Source: the human T2T-CHM13v2.0 reference genome, Homo sapiens
Assembly: GCF_009914755.1 (NCBI RefSeq)
Contig: NC_060933.1
Length of the DNA stretch: 64,000 bases
Strand: one strand, 5' to 3'
Below, piece after piece: positions 60,580-64,000 of the stretch. The position numbers and the translations under genes are program-made. Each line of letters opens with the position of its first letter. The stretch's first letter is position 1. Below the pieces are notes generated by a model. That model was not told the DNA's origin, did not search any database, and saw only the letters and a program-made list of their open reading frames with translations.

Positions 60580-61757
60580 ATTTATTTTACAGCTTTATTG
60601 ATGTATTTTATATATACAATAAAATTAGCCCATTTTAAGTGTACAGTTCTATGAGTTTTGGTAAATATGAATAGTCATCCAACTATCACCAACCACAGTC
60701 AAGTTTCAGAACAATTTCATCAGCACAAAAAGTTCTCTTATTCTACTTACCAGTCATTGCCCATCCCTAATCTCACCTTAGCCCTAGGCAACTACTGATC
60801 TGGTTTTTTTTGCCACTACAGATCTGCCTTTTCTAGAATTTTCTGTAAATGAAATCAGATAATATATAATGTATTACGTCTAAATTGTTTCACATAGCAT
60901 GTTTTTGAGGGCCATCTGTCATCTTTAATGTATCAGTAGTCTATTCCTTCGTATTGCTGAGTAGTATTTCATTGTTTAGATGTACCAGAATTTGTTAATC
61001 CTTTAGTGAGTCATAGACATTTGGGGCTATTTCCAGTTTGAGACTATTATTAATAAAACTGTTATTACATACTTGTGTGCAGGTCTTTATGTAGGCGTGT
61101 TTCTACTTCTCTTGGGTAAATCCTACCTCAGGGTAGGATTGTAGGCTCCTATGATAAATGCATGTTCAAATTTATATGGAACTGCCAAACTCTTTTCAAA
61201 AGTGGGTGTGCCATCTTGCATTTCCACCAGCAATATATGAGGGTTCTGGTTTCCCTACAAGTGTCTCTTCTGAAAGTTTCTTACTTAAAGTCTATTTTAT
61301 CTGATACAGGTTTAGCCACCAAAAGTCTTTAGTTATCCCAGTGGTTGTGTACTGATACCCAACTGTGCTTATTTGCCATTTGTATATTTTTTTTAATGAG
61401 TTGTTTTTTCAGACCTATCACCCCTGCCCCTTTTTTATTGGGTGTTTGTCTTTTTATTATTAAGTTGAACGGCTTCATTAAATATTTTAGAAAAGAGTTC
61501 TTTGTCAGATATATGTTTAGCAAATGTTTTATACTAACGTGTTGCTTCCCATTCCATATTATTAATGGTATTTTTGATCAGCAAAACTTTTAAGTTTTAT
61601 GAAGTGCAATGTATATATTTTCATTTATGGTTTATTTACTATGTGTCCTATGAAAACTTTGCCTAACTCAAGTTCTCTAAGATTTTCCCATTTTCTTCTC
61701 AAAGTTTTATAGTTTCAGCTGTTAGGTTTGGGTCTCTCATATATTTCAAATTAACAT
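60580..61757 (-). mobile_element. L1MB/L1ME-type 3' end
   Basis: acagctttattga..cccattttaagtgtacagttctatgagttttgg; gaactgccaaactcttttcaaaagtgg. Confidence 0.85.
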
Positions 61758-61758
61758 G

Positions 61759-62184
61759 TGTGTTATTCCATTTTGCATCTCTATAAGGGAATACCTGAGG
61801 CTTGCTAATTTAGCAAGATGAGAGGTTTATTTTGGCTCACAGTTCTGCAGGCTGTACAAGAAGCGTGCTGCCAGCACCTGCTTCTGGTGAGGTCTTCAGG
61901 AAGCTTACAATCAGGGCAGAAGGCAAAGGGGGAGGAGGTGGTGTATATCACATGATGAGAACAGGAGCAAGAGAGGAGGTAAGAGGTGCCAAGTTATTTT
62001 AAACAGCCAGATCTGGCATGAACTAATAAAGTGAGAACTCACTCATTATGGTGAGAATAGCACCAAGCTATTCATGGAAGACCCACCCCCAGGACCCAAA
62101 CTCCTCTCACTAGGCCCACCTCCAACACTGGAGGTCACATTTCAACATGAGATTTGGAGGGGATAAAACATCCAAACCATATCA
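61759..62184 (-). mobile_element. MSTB-like MaLR solo LTR
   Basis: ggctcacagttctgcaggctgtacaagaagc ... catccaaaccatatca; atgtg on both flanks. Confidence 0.92.
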
Positions 62185-62189
62185 ATGTG

Positions 62190-64000
62190 TATGCTGCTGC
62201 ATCCAGTTTTGTTGGTCTCAAGATTTTTAAATTTCCCTTTTAATTTCTTCTTTGACCGATTGGCTATTCAAGAACATGTTTGATTTCAATGTATTTGTGA
62301 ATTTTCCAAGATTTCTCTTGTTATTTGTTTCTAGTTTCATACTATAGTGGCTAGAAAAGATACTTGATATGATTTTCATCTTCTTACATTTGAGACTTGT
62401 TTTGTGACTTCACATATGATCTATCCTGCATAATGTTCTTTGTTCACTTGAAAATAATATGTATTCTGCTGCTGTTGGATGCAATATTCTGCATATGTGT
62501 GTTAAGTCCCTTTGGTCTAAAGTGTTGTTCAAGTCCACAGTTTCCTTGTTGATTTTCTGTCTGGATGATCTATCCATTATTTAACATGCCATGTTAAAGT
62601 CCCCTATTAATATTGTATTGCTGTCTATTTCTCCCTTCAGTTCTGTTAATAATATTTGGTTTATATATTTAAATGCTCCTGTACTGGGAACATATATATT
62701 AAATACTCCTCTACTGGGAACATATATTTATGGTTTTTATATTGTCTTGATGAGTTGACTTCTTTATCATTATATAATGACCTTCTATGTTGTTTGTGAT
62801 AGTTTTTAACTTAAAGCCTATTTTGTCTCATGTAAGTTTAGCCACCTCTGCTCTCTTTTTGTTACCAGTTACGTGGGCTGTTTCTTTCTATCCCTACTCT
62901 TTCAGCTATGTGTGACTGTAAAGCTAAAGTGAGTCTCTTGTAGGCAAAATACAGTTAGAACTTTTTTCAGTCCTTTCAGTCATCCTATGTCTTTTCACTG
63001 GAGAATTTAATCTATTTACAATTTAAATAATTGCTGATAGGTAAAGACTTACTACTGCCAGTGTGGTAATTGTTTTCTGACTGCTACTTATTTCTGAAGG
63101 AACAAGTAATTTATTCTATTATTCCTCTCTTGTTGTCTTCCTTTGTGATTTTGATGATTTTTTTTGTAGTGGAATGGTTTAATTTCTTTATCTTTTTTGT
63201 ATTTACTATCTGTGTCATTATCGTGAAGCTTACATAAAATATCTTACAATAGTCTATGTTGAACTGATAATTACTTCAACTTCATATAAAAACTCTCCAC
63301 TTTAATTATTCTTCCCCTACATTTTATGTTATTAGTGCTGCAATTTTCATCTTTTATATATTGTGTATTCATTAGGAAACTATTTTATAGTTATTTTTAA
63401 TACTTTATCATTAAACTTTTATAAGAATCAAAAGGTATTTATGCACTACCATTATGGTATTAAAGTATTCTGAATTTGACTTTTGATGTTTATAGTGGTT
63501 TTTATACTTTCATGTGTTTCATATTGTTAAGTAGCATTGTTTCGTTTTAACTTGAATAATTCCCTTTAGCATTTCTGGTACAGCAGGTCTAGAGGTAATG
63601 AACTTCCACAGCTTTTGTTTGTCTAGGAAAGTCTTCATCTCTCTTTTGTTTCTAAAGAATAGCCTTGCCTGGTACAGTATTGTTGGTTGGCAGTTATTTT
63701 TTTTCTTTCAGCACTTTGACTACATCACCCTACTCTCTCCTGGGCACCAATGTTTCAGCTGAAAAATCCACTGATAGTCTTATGGAGAGTCCCTTACATG
63801 TGACTAGTTGCTTTGCTCTTGCTACTTTCCAAATTCTCTCGTTGTCTTTGTCTTTTGGGTATTTAATTATACTCTGTTTCAGGGAAGATCTTTTTATAAT
63901 TAATCTATTTGAGTTCTTTTGGGCTTCATAGATCTGGATGTTTATTTTCCACTTCAGACTTGGGATATTTTCTGTCATTATTTCTTTAAATAAGCTTTCT
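62190..64000 (-). mobile_element. Old L1M: ORF2 EN region, spacer and ORF1 C-terminal part (runs off the window)
   Basis: ORF 63730-63978(-) NIQIYEAQK..ERIWKVARAKQLVTCKGLSIRLSVDFSAETL is ORF1p-like; gttgattttctgtctggatgatctatcc is the EN region. Confidence 0.9.
62671..62730. repeat. 30-bp tandem duplication within L1
   Basis: aaatgctcctgtactgggaacatatatatt / aaatactcctctactgggaacatatattta. Confidence 0.9.

Noticed and set aside
63730-63978. 82-aa ORF
   Set aside because: Decayed L1 ORF1p fragment

Overview
Primate (most likely human) genomic DNA: AT-rich, CpG-depleted, roughly half interspersed repeats. It holds 9 Alus (J, S, Y), L1s from L1ME to L1PA, many L2/MIR copies, one L3/CR1, five MaLR LTRs and several hAT and Tigger DNA transposons. 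I found no protein-coding exon, RNA gene or CpG island. Every recognisable ORF in the track is an Alu, L1, L2 or Tigger1 remnant, so the window looks intronic or intergenic and I cannot name the locus. Best non-repeat signal: a near-consensus CTCF site with its upstream ZF9-11 motif (40466-40500). Most unusual structure: three short (28-50 bp) insertions that appear copied in direct orientation from donors 0.4-1.5 kb to the right (25920<-27210, 29210<-29625, 61271<-62797), and two 5'-inverted (twin-priming type) L1 insertions with TSDs. Several strong + strand splice-site sets with no recognisable coding potential, plus an antisense bias of retroelements, hint at a + strand non-coding or host transcript. 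I see no convincing novel biological system. Repeat subfamily names are from memory of consensus sequences, and boundaries are approximate unless TSDs or TIRs are quoted.
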